Shown here piece after piece: positions 8,733 to 17,862 of a DNA stretch of 64,000 bases (its first letter is position 1; each line of letters starts with the position of its first letter). The DNA comes from Minisyncoccota bacterium. GTDB lineage: Bacteria; Patescibacteriota; Minisyncoccia; Phycocordibacterales; PALSA-1337. The notes under the pieces are model-generated. The model made no database searches. It was not told the DNA's origin and was given only the letters and a program-made list of their open reading frames with translations. The position numbers and the translations under genes were made by a program. The DNA lies in assembly GCA_041671485.1 (NCBI GenBank), contig JBAZBL010000005.1, positions 19,296 through 83,295 of the forward strand, in the 5' to 3' direction.

Positions 8733-8853
8733 CACTCAAGAATATTCATTCTGAGAAATGTCCACAGGCGATTTTTAGCAAAAAATCGCCGAGGATTAGG
8801 AAAATTTCCTGCAGGAAATTTTCCGCGTTTCTCAGAATGAATATTCTTGAGTG
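8733..8853 (+). promoter_or_regulatory. nested palindromic leader upstream of infC (candidate L20-responsive attenuator/terminator)
   Basis: Perfect 26-bp inverted repeat cactcaagaatattcattctgagaaa / tttctcagaatgaatattcttgagtg. It encloses two further perfect hairpins (ggcgatttttagcaaaaaatcgcc and ggaaaatttcctgcaggaaattttcc). Confidence 0.4.
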
Positions 8854-9419
8854 AGGTTATTCAATACCTTGATTATATTAATACACTATGCTATAAATAT
8901 CCTTGTAATCCTGTGATCAAAGTACGAATCAATCATCAAATCAAAGCGCCAGAATTGCGCGTTATCACTGTAGATGGCGACAATTTGGGCGTTATACCAC
9001 TTAGTCAAGCTTTGATCGAATCACAAAACCGTGGACTGGATCTGATAGAAATATCACCTACAGCTACCCCGCCCGTTGCAAAGATAATGGATTACGGTAA
9101 GTATCTCTATGATGAGAAAAAAAAGGCCAAAGATTCCAAGTCTCGCATTCAGATAAGTGAGATCAAAAACATACAAGTAAAGATCGGTACAGGCGAACAT
9201 GATCTCGAATTGAAAGCAAAAAAAGTTGGAGAGTGGCTTGCCGAAGGCAATCGTGTCAAAGTAGATCTATATCTCATAGGACGCGCCAAATACATGGATA
9301 TAAAGTTCTTGAATGAAAGACTGGATAGGATCCTAAAGCTTATCACTGTTGAGTATAAGATCTCACAAGGACCTATAAGAGGACCAAAAGGTTTAGCTCT
9401 AATATTAGAGAAGAAATAA
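8847..9419 (+). CDS. infC: translation initiation factor IF-3 (the true start is probably a non-ATG codon near 8910)
   Basis: APELRVITVDGDNLGVIPLSQALIESQNRGLDLIEISP...GPIRGPKG. It is the first gene of the conserved infC-rpmI-rplT order. Confidence 0.85.
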   Translation: MSEVIQYLDYINTLCYKYPCNPVIKVRINHQIKAPELRVITVDGDNLGVIPLSQALIESQNRGLDLIEISPTATPPVAKIMDYGKYLYDEKKKAKDSKSRIQISEIKNIQVKIGTGEHDLELKAKKVGEWLAEGNRVKVDLYLIGRAKYMDIKFLNERLDRILKLITVEYKISQGPIRGPKGLALILEKK

Positions 9420-9420
9420 A

Positions 9421-9609
9421 ATGATCAAAACAAATAAATCATATTCAAAGCGATTGAGAATCACCCGTACGGGCAAGATTTTGTCGCGAAAGCCTGGTCA
9501 AAATCATTTCAATGCAAAGGAAAATGCAAAAAAAGGTATGAATAAGAAGCGTTCTGTGCAAATATTTATGGATAACAAATCCAGAAGTCGATTTTTAGCA
9601 ACTATATAA
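9421..9609 (+). CDS. rpmI: 50S ribosomal protein L35
   Basis: 62-aa basic protein beginning MIKTNKSYSKRLRITRTGKI, between infC and rplT. Confidence 0.85.
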   Translation: MIKTNKSYSKRLRITRTGKILSRKPGQNHFNAKENAKKGMNKKRSVQIFMDNKSRSRFLATI

Positions 9610-9616
9610 AACTATC

Positions 9617-9961
9617 ATGTCCAGAGTCAAAAAAGCAGTACATGCCCTGAAGAATCGCCGAAGTATTTTGAAACAAGCAAAAGGCTTCCGTTTCCGCAGA
9701 TCCAAGACAGAACGCGCAGCCAATGAAGCACTTGCTCATGCTGGTGCTTATGCATTTGCTCATAGGAGAGACAAGAAAGGCGACTTTAGACGTCTATGGA
9801 ATGTAAAGATAAATGCAGCACTCCGTCCACTTGGGTTTTCTTATAGCAAGTTTATAGGTGCAGCCAAGAAAAAGAACATCGAACTAGACCGCAAATCACT
9901 AGCATATCTAGCACAATTCAAGCCAGAAACTTTCCAGAAAGTTGTAGCCATGGTGAAATAG
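9617..9961 (+). CDS. rplT: 50S ribosomal protein L20
   Basis: MSRVKKAVHALKNRRSILKQAKGFRFRRSKTERAANEALAHAGAYAF is the L20 signature. Confidence 0.9.
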   Translation: MSRVKKAVHALKNRRSILKQAKGFRFRRSKTERAANEALAHAGAYAFAHRRDKKGDFRRLWNVKINAALRPLGFSYSKFIGAAKKKNIELDRKSLAYLAQFKPETFQKVVAMVK

Positions 9962-9977
9962 TCTAAATCTAGTTTGT

Positions 9978-11384
9978 CTATCCTAACAAATATTCTTTTG
10001 TAATTTCAGGTACGATAGCTTCTGTATCAACTTCATTGTTGATCCTTTGAGCCAAATACATAGATGACTTTGGTTCACCCATTGCTACAAAAACTCTTTT
10101 GAGACGATCATTTGCACCTCCTACGAGATTGACCATATTGTCACTGTCTTTATGTGCAGAATATCCATGCAGAACATCTATATGCGCATTGACATGAATA
10201 TTTTCATTATTGATATGAACTTTTTTTACACCATCTGCCAATCCCCTACCTAGAGAACCGAGAGACTGATATCCAACCAAAAGAATAGTATTTTTTGGAT
10301 CAGGTAAATACTGTTTCTCATGGCCAACTACCCTACCACCATGCGACATACCTGAACCTGCCAATATAATCTTTGATCCAGAAGTTTTTTCGATCTCTTT
10401 TGATTCCCATTGCGCTACGGTAAACTTCAATCTTGGAAAAGAAAATATATCATCACCATTATCTATTTGTTTTTTTACACTATCATTGAATAAATGCAGA
10501 CTCGAACGATATATCTCTGTTGCTTTTATCGCCATTGGAGAGTCGAGAAATACTGGTATAGAAGGAATCTTACCTTTTTCAACAAGATTATTTATCTCAT
10601 AGAGTAAGACTTGAGTACGATCAACAGAGAATGTTGGAATGACCAGTGTACCACCGCGGTCAACTGTATCTTTGATAATTTTCTCTAGCTTCAAAGTCGA
10701 TTCTTCTCTCGATTCATGGTTGCGGTCACCATAAGTGCTTTCGATTATTAGATAGTCAATATCTCCTATAGGTTCTGTATCTCTTAGCAATGGAGATGGA
10801 GAATTGCCGAGATCCCCAGTAAACAATATTTTTGTATCTTTTCTATCATTCTTTATAGATACTTCTATCATTGCAGATCCCAATATATGACCAGCATCTT
10901 TCATGAATATCGAAACACCGTCAAATATTTCCAGACTTTTATGATATTCTACTGTCTCCCAAAGAGAAAATGCTTTCTTGATATCATCTTCACTATATAG
11001 TGTTTCGAGTCCATTTATTTCTGCTTCTTTGGTCAATATACCAAGTGCATCATTTAGGACCAATTCTGCCAAGATTTTTGTCTCTGGAGTTGAATATATC
11101 ATTCCAGAGAAACCTTCCCTAATTAGTTTTGGAATACGTCCAACGTGATCGAGGTGAGCGTGTGTTACGAGAAGACAATCGATAGAATCTGGTTTATAGA
11201 TAAAGTCTTTTCTATTTGCTTCATCTGCAAAACTTTCACCTTGAATTAAACCACAATCGATCAGTATGTTTTTCCCATTATTTATTTTCAGGAGAAAGTT
11301 AGCACCAGTCACTGTACTGACACCAGAGCAAAATATTAATTTTGTTTTTTGATCTATCATTGCTTTGGAATATGTGCCAACCAC
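9978..11384 (-). CDS. MBL-fold beta-CASP ribonuclease (RNase J/CPSF-like)
   Basis: HAHLDHVG metallo-beta-lactamase motif with beta-CASP and RMMBL-like C-terminal blocks (YSAHKD...). Confidence 0.7.
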   Translation of the reverse strand: MVGTYSKAMIDQKTKLIFCSGVSTVTGANFLLKINNGKNILIDCGLIQGESFADEANRKDFIYKPDSIDCLLVTHAHLDHVGRIPKLIREGFSGMIYSTPETKILAELVLNDALGILTKEAEINGLETLYSEDDIKKAFSLWETVEYHKSLEIFDGVSIFMKDAGHILGSAMIEVSIKNDRKDTKILFTGDLGNSPSPLLRDTEPIGDIDYLIIESTYGDRNHESREESTLKLEKIIKDTVDRGGTLVIPTFSVDRTQVLLYEINNLVEKGKIPSIPVFLDSPMAIKATEIYRSSLHLFNDSVKKQIDNGDDIFSFPRLKFTVAQWESKEIEKTSGSKIILAGSGMSHGGRVVGHEKQYLPDPKNTILLVGYQSLGSLGRGLADGVKKVHINNENIHVNAHIDVLHGYSAHKDSDNMVNLVGGANDRLKRVFVAMGEPKSSMYLAQRINNEVDTEAIVPEITKEYLLG

Positions 11385-11731
11385 AATGCCAATATTCCTC
11401 CTATTACATCGTCAAATAAATCTTTGACTGTATCTATAAAATACAATACTGTTCCAAATGGATGTCCAGATATGTTATAGACAATCTCAAATAATTCCCA
11501 GAGTATACCAGCAATAAATACGCCAACTATGACTATTAACTTTTCTTTACCTATAAATATATGATGATATTTAATTGCCGCAGAAAGTGCCAATCCAATA
11601 CCTAGACCACCTGCTATATGCATCAATATATCGTAGCTAGGTATTGTCATAAACAAATTTTCTTGTATACCGACGATCTCGCCTATCAAAACTGATACAA
11701 GTATGGCCAGAGAATAAAAGTACAATTTCAT
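11357..11731 (-). CDS. hypothetical small membrane protein
   Basis: 124-aa ORF with 4 predicted TM helices. Confidence 0.4.
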   Translation of the reverse strand: MKLYFYSLAILVSVLIGEIVGIQENLFMTIPSYDILMHIAGGLGIGLALSAAIKYHHIFIGKEKLIVIVGVFIAGILWELFEIVYNISGHPFGTVLYFIDTVKDLFDDVIGGILALWLAHIPKQ

Positions 11732-11957
11732 TGTGCTATTCTAACACAATCAAAAACACCCGCACATATCATTTCAAAGATAGTTGAACGGATGTTCTCG
11801 ATCGGTTGCGAAAGTACCATAACCTGTTTACTACAAGTGGGTTGCCTCACATAGAGCACCAAAGCGCCTACGAATCTGATTTACATTGAGCAAATCATTG
11901 GCATCCCGGTTATGTTGGTATAGGGTTTATACTCCCGCAACCTATATATATTGTAGT

Positions 11958-12566
11958 TTACTCCAAAATACCGTCAAGGTTTACATCATACATTATTTGT
12001 TCTGCAATGAGTCTATAATTAATCAATTCATTATCTTCGAACCAGTGCTTTATCTCATCATTGGCCTCTTTTGGAGATCCAGAAGCATGTATGACATTCC
12101 TGACTGCACGACCGTCACCATCACTCATGACATAGGAATCCAAGACGAAATCGCCACGAATGGTACCAACGTCCGAAGTTAGGGGTTCTGTGCCACCTGT
12201 TAATTTGCGTACAATCTGTACTACGTGAGCACCTTGCCAAACCATCGCTACTACAGGTCCACTTGTAATGTATTTTATAAGTACTTTCAATACTTTTTCT
12301 GAAACTTTTATAGGGTCTTCAGAGGGTGGTCTCAAACCTTTGTCTTTATAGCCTTTGATAGATTTCAGTCCTGTTTTCATCATCCATTCAGGATCGAGAG
12401 TATAGTGCTTCTCTACAAAATCTGCTGTTGGCACCAACATCTTTACACCTACCAATTTGAGCCCAATCTGTTCATATCTCTTTACTACTTCTCCGATAAG
12501 ACCACGCTGTATACCATCCGGCTTGATAACTACGAGCGTGCGTTCATATTTTGGGTGAGTTTTCAT
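11958..12566 (-). CDS. ndk: nucleoside diphosphate kinase (long form with a ~50-aa insertion)
   Basis: RTLVVIKPDGIQRGLIGEV...GPVVAMVWQGAHVVQIVRKLTGGTEP...NVIHASGSPKEANDEIKHWF. Confidence 0.85.
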   Translation of the reverse strand: MKTHPKYERTLVVIKPDGIQRGLIGEVVKRYEQIGLKLVGVKMLVPTADFVEKHYTLDPEWMMKTGLKSIKGYKDKGLRPPSEDPIKVSEKVLKVLIKYITSGPVVAMVWQGAHVVQIVRKLTGGTEPLTSDVGTIRGDFVLDSYVMSDGDGRAVRNVIHASGSPKEANDEIKHWFEDNELINYRLIAEQIMYDVNLDGILE

Positions 12567-12651
12567 ATGTCGGATACTATAGCATATTTATCACAAAAGA
12601 TAGAAATCTTTGTTTTTTACGCACCTTAATACAATGTTAGGACAGTCTTAA

Positions 12652-14082
12652 CTAGTTGATAGTAAAGCTGGAATCACTGTCATCATAATTCGCATTACCT
12701 AGGTTATCTTCGACAATCATAATACCGATTAAATAACCATTGCCGTGACTATCAACATCAGATTTATTAACGGTCCATTCGTATTCTCCCTTATCGAGAT
12801 CATTTCCACTGATTTCGGCGATATTGGTGAAAGAATTTGGAAGCGGAGTACAACTATAACCATATGGACATCGGGCATTACTTCTTAAACTTATAATTGC
12901 AGAATTTGGTTTTTCACCCAAGCTTGACCATTTGATAGTTATCTTATTGCCTGCCGTAAGAGCTTCACCACCGTTTGGTGATACAAGAGTCACAAATGTT
13001 TTACCAGAAGTAATCGAGCGCGTACTTATAACAAAAGTACTGTCTGATAAATCAGAAGCAACTGGTCCGGTGGCAGAATTATCCATTGATTGAGGTGAAT
13101 TTATAGCAATTTTATATTCACCACTAGCAATTGTCGGATCCATTCTCCAATTGTAATTTCCAGTATTTGGAATATCAGAAGCAATAGTTTTGATCCAATC
13201 CCCATCCTTATTAAGCAGTCCTATCATAATATTCATACTGCCAAAGTCTGAAGTAGTCCATCGAATTGTTGCTATATTATCCCTTCCTCCATTGTTTAAT
13301 ACCTCTCCCATGTTTGGATAAAGAACTGTAACGGATGGTTGATTTGAATTAGGAGAAATAAACTTGAGAGTCGATAAAATATGATTAAAATATTCTTCTC
13401 CTTTATTTGGAGAAATTATTCCTGGGAGATTGAGGTAGGTCTGATAGTCTTCATTTATGGAATTAAATTCGGCAACATAGCCACGATGAATGACGAGCGT
13501 CTGGGTTGAGGAAATAGTAATGAAATAAATATCTTCGCCACACCCTTCGACTCCAGAGGAAACTCTATATCCATTCAAAGAACCAAATTTAAAAGGGTTT
13601 TTGGAAACATAATCCCAACCTGGGTATACGCTACTTTGTACAAAAGCTTTTAAGTTTTGGTTGACAACTTTGAGAGACACACCGAAATCTGAGAGTCGAT
13701 CGAGTGGTGGAGCATCACCCTTGAAATCATCACATTGATTATAATGTCTATAAGCAACGGAGTGACTCAATGTGATAGTTCCTTCATCTTGTTTTGATGA
13801 AATTAAGACTGGATATTCAAACGAAATCAAATCGTCTGAATACTTTTTCCAAATAGAAGTATTAATTTGGGGTGATGTTTGGGTATTTTGAGAATCTGAA
13901 TTTACAGAATTATTTTGTCCAGTCGTTTGTTGTGGCTGATTTGATTGTTGTACTTGTACATCTGTAATATCGGGAATATCTATTTTTTTACTTTCATAAA
14001 CATAGATACCTCCACCAACTACTAATAATGCACTAATCAAAACCAATAACTGTGTAACATAACCTTTTTGTGAGTTTTTCAT
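12652..14082 (-). CDS. secreted/membrane-anchored protein with a Q/N/S/T-rich linker and three tandem ~100-aa beta-sandwich repeats
   Basis: N-terminal signal anchor, then repeats of the form YPNxGE...I.W...G (TVLYPNMGEVLNNG / LVSPNGGEALTAGNKITIKWSS). Confidence 0.5.
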   Translation of the reverse strand: MKNSQKGYVTQLLVLISALLVVGGGIYVYESKKIDIPDITDVQVQQSNQPQQTTGQNNSVNSDSQNTQTSPQINTSIWKKYSDDLISFEYPVLISSKQDEGTITLSHSVAYRHYNQCDDFKGDAPPLDRLSDFGVSLKVVNQNLKAFVQSSVYPGWDYVSKNPFKFGSLNGYRVSSGVEGCGEDIYFITISSTQTLVIHRGYVAEFNSINEDYQTYLNLPGIISPNKGEEYFNHILSTLKFISPNSNQPSVTVLYPNMGEVLNNGGRDNIATIRWTTSDFGSMNIMIGLLNKDGDWIKTIASDIPNTGNYNWRMDPTIASGEYKIAINSPQSMDNSATGPVASDLSDSTFVISTRSITSGKTFVTLVSPNGGEALTAGNKITIKWSSLGEKPNSAIISLRSNARCPYGYSCTPLPNSFTNIAEISGNDLDKGEYEWTVNKSDVDSHGNGYLIGIMIVEDNLGNANYDDSDSSFTIN

Positions 14083-14147
14083 ATATAAAATACTATACCA
14101 TATTTCAGATAAAAATAAGAGCTCCTTATCATTCCATTCTTGACTCT

Positions 14148-14987
14148 TTACTTATCACCTTTCAATAATTTATTCCTTCGTACTCTCCAATTTTCATCTG
14201 TTATAACTGACTTACCAGTCTTCTCTTCGATCTGTTTTCTAGCATTCCCTGCAATATTCCCACCATCTCTTGCAACTTTCTTACTCGGTTCCAATCCTTC
14301 CGGTTTTTCTTTCTTGGAAATCTCCGTTGTAGCAGTTTCTGCTAACATATTGAGTACCAATTCAATATTTGTCATATTGTCACGAAGGTTTTCTTTCTTG
14401 AGATCTTTCAGATTCTTGTATTCTCTGGTAGTCATTCCTGTCCAAGCTTTTGATATTTCATCTGTAAGAATTGCAAATTCAAGTCCTTCTTTAACTCCAC
14501 ACTTTTCCCATTCATCAGTGAGTTCCTTGCGGATTTCAATACTCTTTAGTCTTTGATTGATCCAATTCAGAGAATATCCTTTACTAAGATATGTCTTGAG
14601 AGCCCGAGTAATAGCAAGCTCCGGATCTGCGGTCTCCTCAAGACGTTCATATCCAACCTTGGCTAACCATAGCTTGAATGGTTCTGCGTTTGGAGACGGG
14701 ATAGATTGTACCAGACGCAATAACACTTCGGTGTCTGCAACGTCTGTAATACGCATTTTTCCGTCCGCCGCAACCATTTTCAAACCGTGACATTTTGTCA
14801 CGCTTTCACTTCCTTCTTGTTTTAAGCGCTCTTTTAGTTTACGCCAGTATTCCAAAGGGGCTGTACTGTTACTCAATGTAGCTACGACATCAACCACAGA
14901 AAAATACCATTTCTCCGACTGTTCATCCCAATGTCGGCGAATCTGCTTACCTTCGAATATAGCTAGATGTTTGTCTTTTGATTTCAT
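14148..14987 (-). CDS. Bro-N / DinD-like (DNA-damage-inducible protein D family) protein, phage-associated
   Basis: N-terminal IRRHWDEQSEKWYFSVVDVVATL (Bro-N-like). The C-terminal half resembles DinD/KilA-C (GLEFAILTDEISKAWTGMTTREYKNLK...NIAGNARKQIEEKTGKSV). Confidence 0.55.
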   Translation of the reverse strand: MKSKDKHLAIFEGKQIRRHWDEQSEKWYFSVVDVVATLSNSTAPLEYWRKLKERLKQEGSESVTKCHGLKMVAADGKMRITDVADTEVLLRLVQSIPSPNAEPFKLWLAKVGYERLEETADPELAITRALKTYLSKGYSLNWINQRLKSIEIRKELTDEWEKCGVKEGLEFAILTDEISKAWTGMTTREYKNLKDLKKENLRDNMTNIELVLNMLAETATTEISKKEKPEGLEPSKKVARDGGNIAGNARKQIEEKTGKSVITDENWRVRRNKLLKGDK

Positions 14988-15080
14988 AGATCAATCTTCT
15001 CAAATAAAAAAGAAAAATCAATATTGACGAAAAGAAACATTTGGTGCCTGCACCGAGCGAGGAGCAAGGCGACGAGTCGA

Positions 15081-15252
15081 GGTGCGCGCACTAGGGTTCT
15101 TTCCTTACAGGAACAGTATAGTCTTCGCATTTTCTCAGATTCGACAAGCTCATCATCGAAAATATGCTCAGACTTTTCGAACCCTAGATACAAGCACCAC
15201 TTGGTGCTTGTATGCGCGCCCAACAAAAAAGTCTGAATAAACAGACTTTTTT
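15081..15252 (-). other. tRNA-Ile 3'-end duplication with a pseudo-tRNA / att-like remnant
   Basis: 19 nt (ggtgcgcgcactagggttc, 15081-15099) exactly repeat the tRNA-Ile 3' end (15254-15272). An inverted partial copy at 15178-15219 (gaaccctag + 26-nt perfect hairpin + gcgcgcc) and a terminator hairpin at 15226-15251 lie between. Confidence 0.6.
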
Positions 15253-15328
15253 TGGTGCGCGCACTAGGGTTCGAACCTAGGACCTTTCGAGTATCAGTCG
15301 AATGCTCTACCAGCTGAGCTATGCGCGC
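15253..15328 (-). tRNA. tRNA-Ile (anticodon GAT), CCA encoded
   Basis: rc: GCGCGCA-TA-GCTC-AGCTGGTA-GAGC-A-TTCGA-CTGATAC-TCGAA-AGGTC-CTAGG-TTCGAAC-CCTAG-TGCGCGC-A-CCA. A clean cloverleaf of 76 nt. Confidence 0.9.
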
Positions 15329-15396
15329 ATATACAAAAATCTACCAGAAAAAGTCTTTGGTGTCTATTTTATATACAATCAAATAGATCTTTCTGA

Positions 15397-15783
15397 TTAC
15401 TGAGATACCTGTTTCGTCCAGGAAACACAAGCAATAGAATTTGTCGCCGGTGACCATATTACACCAATTTGTCTAGTTGGAGTATTTATCGATACAGATC
15501 TTATCGTCTGACTAATCTGAGTTTCAGCTTTGTCTAAGCAATGTGGTGCAACTTCACTCATAATATTCCTATTTTCGATAGATATTTGAGTTATAGAGTC
15601 GACTTGACTTCGTATAACTGTTTCATCTGCAATAATACTTTTGACTTCTTTTTGTTTAAGAGTGTAAGATATAAGCTCAGATTCATCAAGAGTGCCTATC
15701 TGCTTATTACCCTGAATAAATAACCACGCTAGTACCACAATAATGATTACTAAAACAATACCAGTAATAACTTTTTTATACAT
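15397..15783 (-). CDS. hypothetical membrane-anchored protein (128 aa)
   Basis: ORF with an N-terminal TM helix. Confidence 0.35.
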   Translation of the reverse strand: MYKKVITGIVLVIIIVVLAWLFIQGNKQIGTLDESELISYTLKQKEVKSIIADETVIRSQVDSITQISIENRNIMSEVAPHCLDKAETQISQTIRSVSINTPTRQIGVIWSPATNSIACVSWTKQVSQ

Positions 15784-15833
15784 TTATTTTAATTAGATTA
15801 ATAACAGATATATTATAACAAAAACATTCATAG

Positions 15834-15915
15834 TAGGCGCGAGAGGATTTGAACCTCCAAGGATTGCTCCATACGCTCCTGAAGCGTACGTGTCTACCAA
15901 TTTCACCACGCGCCC
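15834..15915 (-). tRNA. tRNA-Leu (anticodon CAG), long variable arm, CCA not encoded
   Basis: rc: GGGCGCG-TG-GTGAAATTGGTAGACAC...ACGC-TTCAGGA-GCGT...GGAGG-TTCAAAT-CCTCT-CGCGCCT-A. D-arm GTGGTGAAATTGGTAGAC is typical of tRNA-Leu. Confidence 0.8.
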
Positions 15916-15967
15916 ATCTTGATCTCGATTGCGAGGACCCCATCAATATAAGTCAAATAAAGAAAAT

Positions 15968-16008
15968 AGGCAAAAAACAAAGCCGTGAGGATTGAACCCA
16001 CGGCTTTC
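15968..16008 (-). terminator. intrinsic terminator downstream of ORF 16030-16446
   Basis: Hairpin aaagccgtgagg-attgaa-cccacggcttt followed by a U-run on the minus strand. Confidence 0.6.
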
Positions 16009-16029
16009 ATAAACAATCTCTGACAAGAC

Positions 16030-16446
16030 CTAGTTGATCTGACTCGGCAGGATCCAAGCCAGAATTGGAAGAAGGACGAAACCGATAAAGGCAAAGGCCC
16101 CACCGATCATGATGGCCACCTGTTGCGACCATGAGATAGTCTCCCACCAGATCTGAATATCGGTCCAGACATGGCCGAGACCAAAACGGGAACGAGCCCT
16201 CTTGAGTCCCTGCATCTTCTCGATACTATCAGTGGGATCATTAATGATCCCGTCGGTGTCAATGGTGATTGCGGCTGGCGTCGGCACCACCTTGATCGAC
16301 GCCGAAGCGGGCCGGCGGTATGTATAATACCCACTGCGGTAACTTCCAGTCCCCGGAGGAATAGACGTTATCCAAGTCATCTTGGCTTCTCCCGTCATGC
16401 CCTTCGGTTGAAGGTTACCAACTGCAGGACTAACACTTTTTTTCAT
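16030..16446 (-). CDS. hypothetical tail-anchored protein in a strongly GC-rich (~55%) patch
   Basis: 138-aa ORF with a C-terminal TM (VAIMIGGAFAFIGFVLLPILAWILP), GC-rich third positions, and its own terminator. Embedded between the 16S 3' end and the tRNAs. Confidence 0.4.
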   Translation of the reverse strand: MKKSVSPAVGNLQPKGMTGEAKMTWITSIPPGTGSYRSGYYTYRRPASASIKVVPTPAAITIDTDGIINDPTDSIEKMQGLKRARSRFGLGHVWTDIQIWWETISWSQQVAIMIGGAFAFIGFVLLPILAWILPSQIN

Positions 16447-17862
16447 AATCGTATTTTATTTTTGCGACCACAATAGTCGCTTCAATTCGAATAAAATCAT
16501 ATCATATACGATATGTAAAGTCAAGCAAACAAAAATACCGCTATTTCTAGCGGTATTTTTGCTTCGCCAATTGGCGGACTAGCTCTCTATTTTGTTCCGT
16601 TCACCCATCAGAGATTCAATTGATATCTCCGATGTGTGTCCCCTATCTTCGAGGACTAAGCGTTCACATTTACGGTTGCAGAACGATAACCTCCATCTCA
16701 AAGAGATGGATCGACATAAGTTTTTCGAGTCAAAGACTCGAAAAACGATTTTCACTTGAAATATTCCACGAGCAGCTTCCGCTACCCGTGCCTTGTTACG
16801 ACTTAGCTCTTGTCACCGAATTTACCGTAGGCCCGCACGAGGCGGAACTTCGGGTACTTCCGGCTCCCTTAGCTTGACGGGCGGTGAGTACAAGACTTGA
16901 GAACGTATTCACCGCGGTATAGCTGACCCGCGATTACTAGCGATTCCGGCTTCATGAGGCCGAGTTGCAGGCCTCAATCCGAACTGGCGCGACTTTTATA
17001 AGGGTTTGCTCCGGCTTCGATCGCCATTGCGTCCCGTTGTAGTCGCGATTGTAACACGTGTGTAGCCCAGGTTGTCAAAGAGTCATGCTGACTTGGCGTC
17101 ATCCCCACCTTCCTCCCGTCCCACTGCCGACATTCTATGCGTTTTGTGAATATTTCTTTTATTACGATATTTTTAAATATCGGCATTGGAAAGTACTCAA
17201 CATCGCGCAATCTCGGCACTGGGACGGGCGGTCTCGGCTGATACTTGTAACAGCCAACGAGGGTTGCGTTCGTTACCCCACTGAAGGGAACAGCTCAAGC
17301 CACGAACTGACGACAGCCATGCAACACCTGTCCAGCCGCCTTACGGCGACCCTAGTTTCTTAGGATCTTCGTCTGGATGTCTAAACCTGGTAAGGTTCTT
17401 CGTTTATCGTCGAATTGAACCACATGTTCCACCGCTTGTGCAAGTCCCCGTCTATTCCTTTGAGTTTCAATCTTGCGATCGTACTACCCAGGCGGATCTC
17501 TTATCGCGTTAGCTTGGCCTCGAAGAGGGTCGATACTCCTCAAAGCTAGAGATCATCGTTTAGGGCACGGATTACTGGGGTATCTAATCCCATTCACTCC
17601 CCGTGCTTTCGTGTTTCAGCGTCAGGAAATGGACCAGTCTCTTGCCTTCGCTTTTGGTGTTCCCCATGATATCAACGCATTTCACCGCTACACCATGAGT
17701 TCCAGAGACCCCTTCCATCCTCTAAAAGTCTTGCCGTTTCCCCCGCGAGTCCCCGGTTGAGCCGGAGAATTTTACGAGAGACTAACAAAACCGCCTACAC
17801 ACCCTTTACGCCCAATGATTCCGGATAACGCTCGAGGCACTCGTATTACCGCTGCTGCTGGC

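Noticed and set aside
16030-16480. Possibility that the GC-rich patch is RNase P RNA or another known structured RNA
   Set aside because: No P4/consensus motif (AGGAAAGUCCGGGCUCC or its complement) was found by eye. It is kept as an open finding rather than a feature call.
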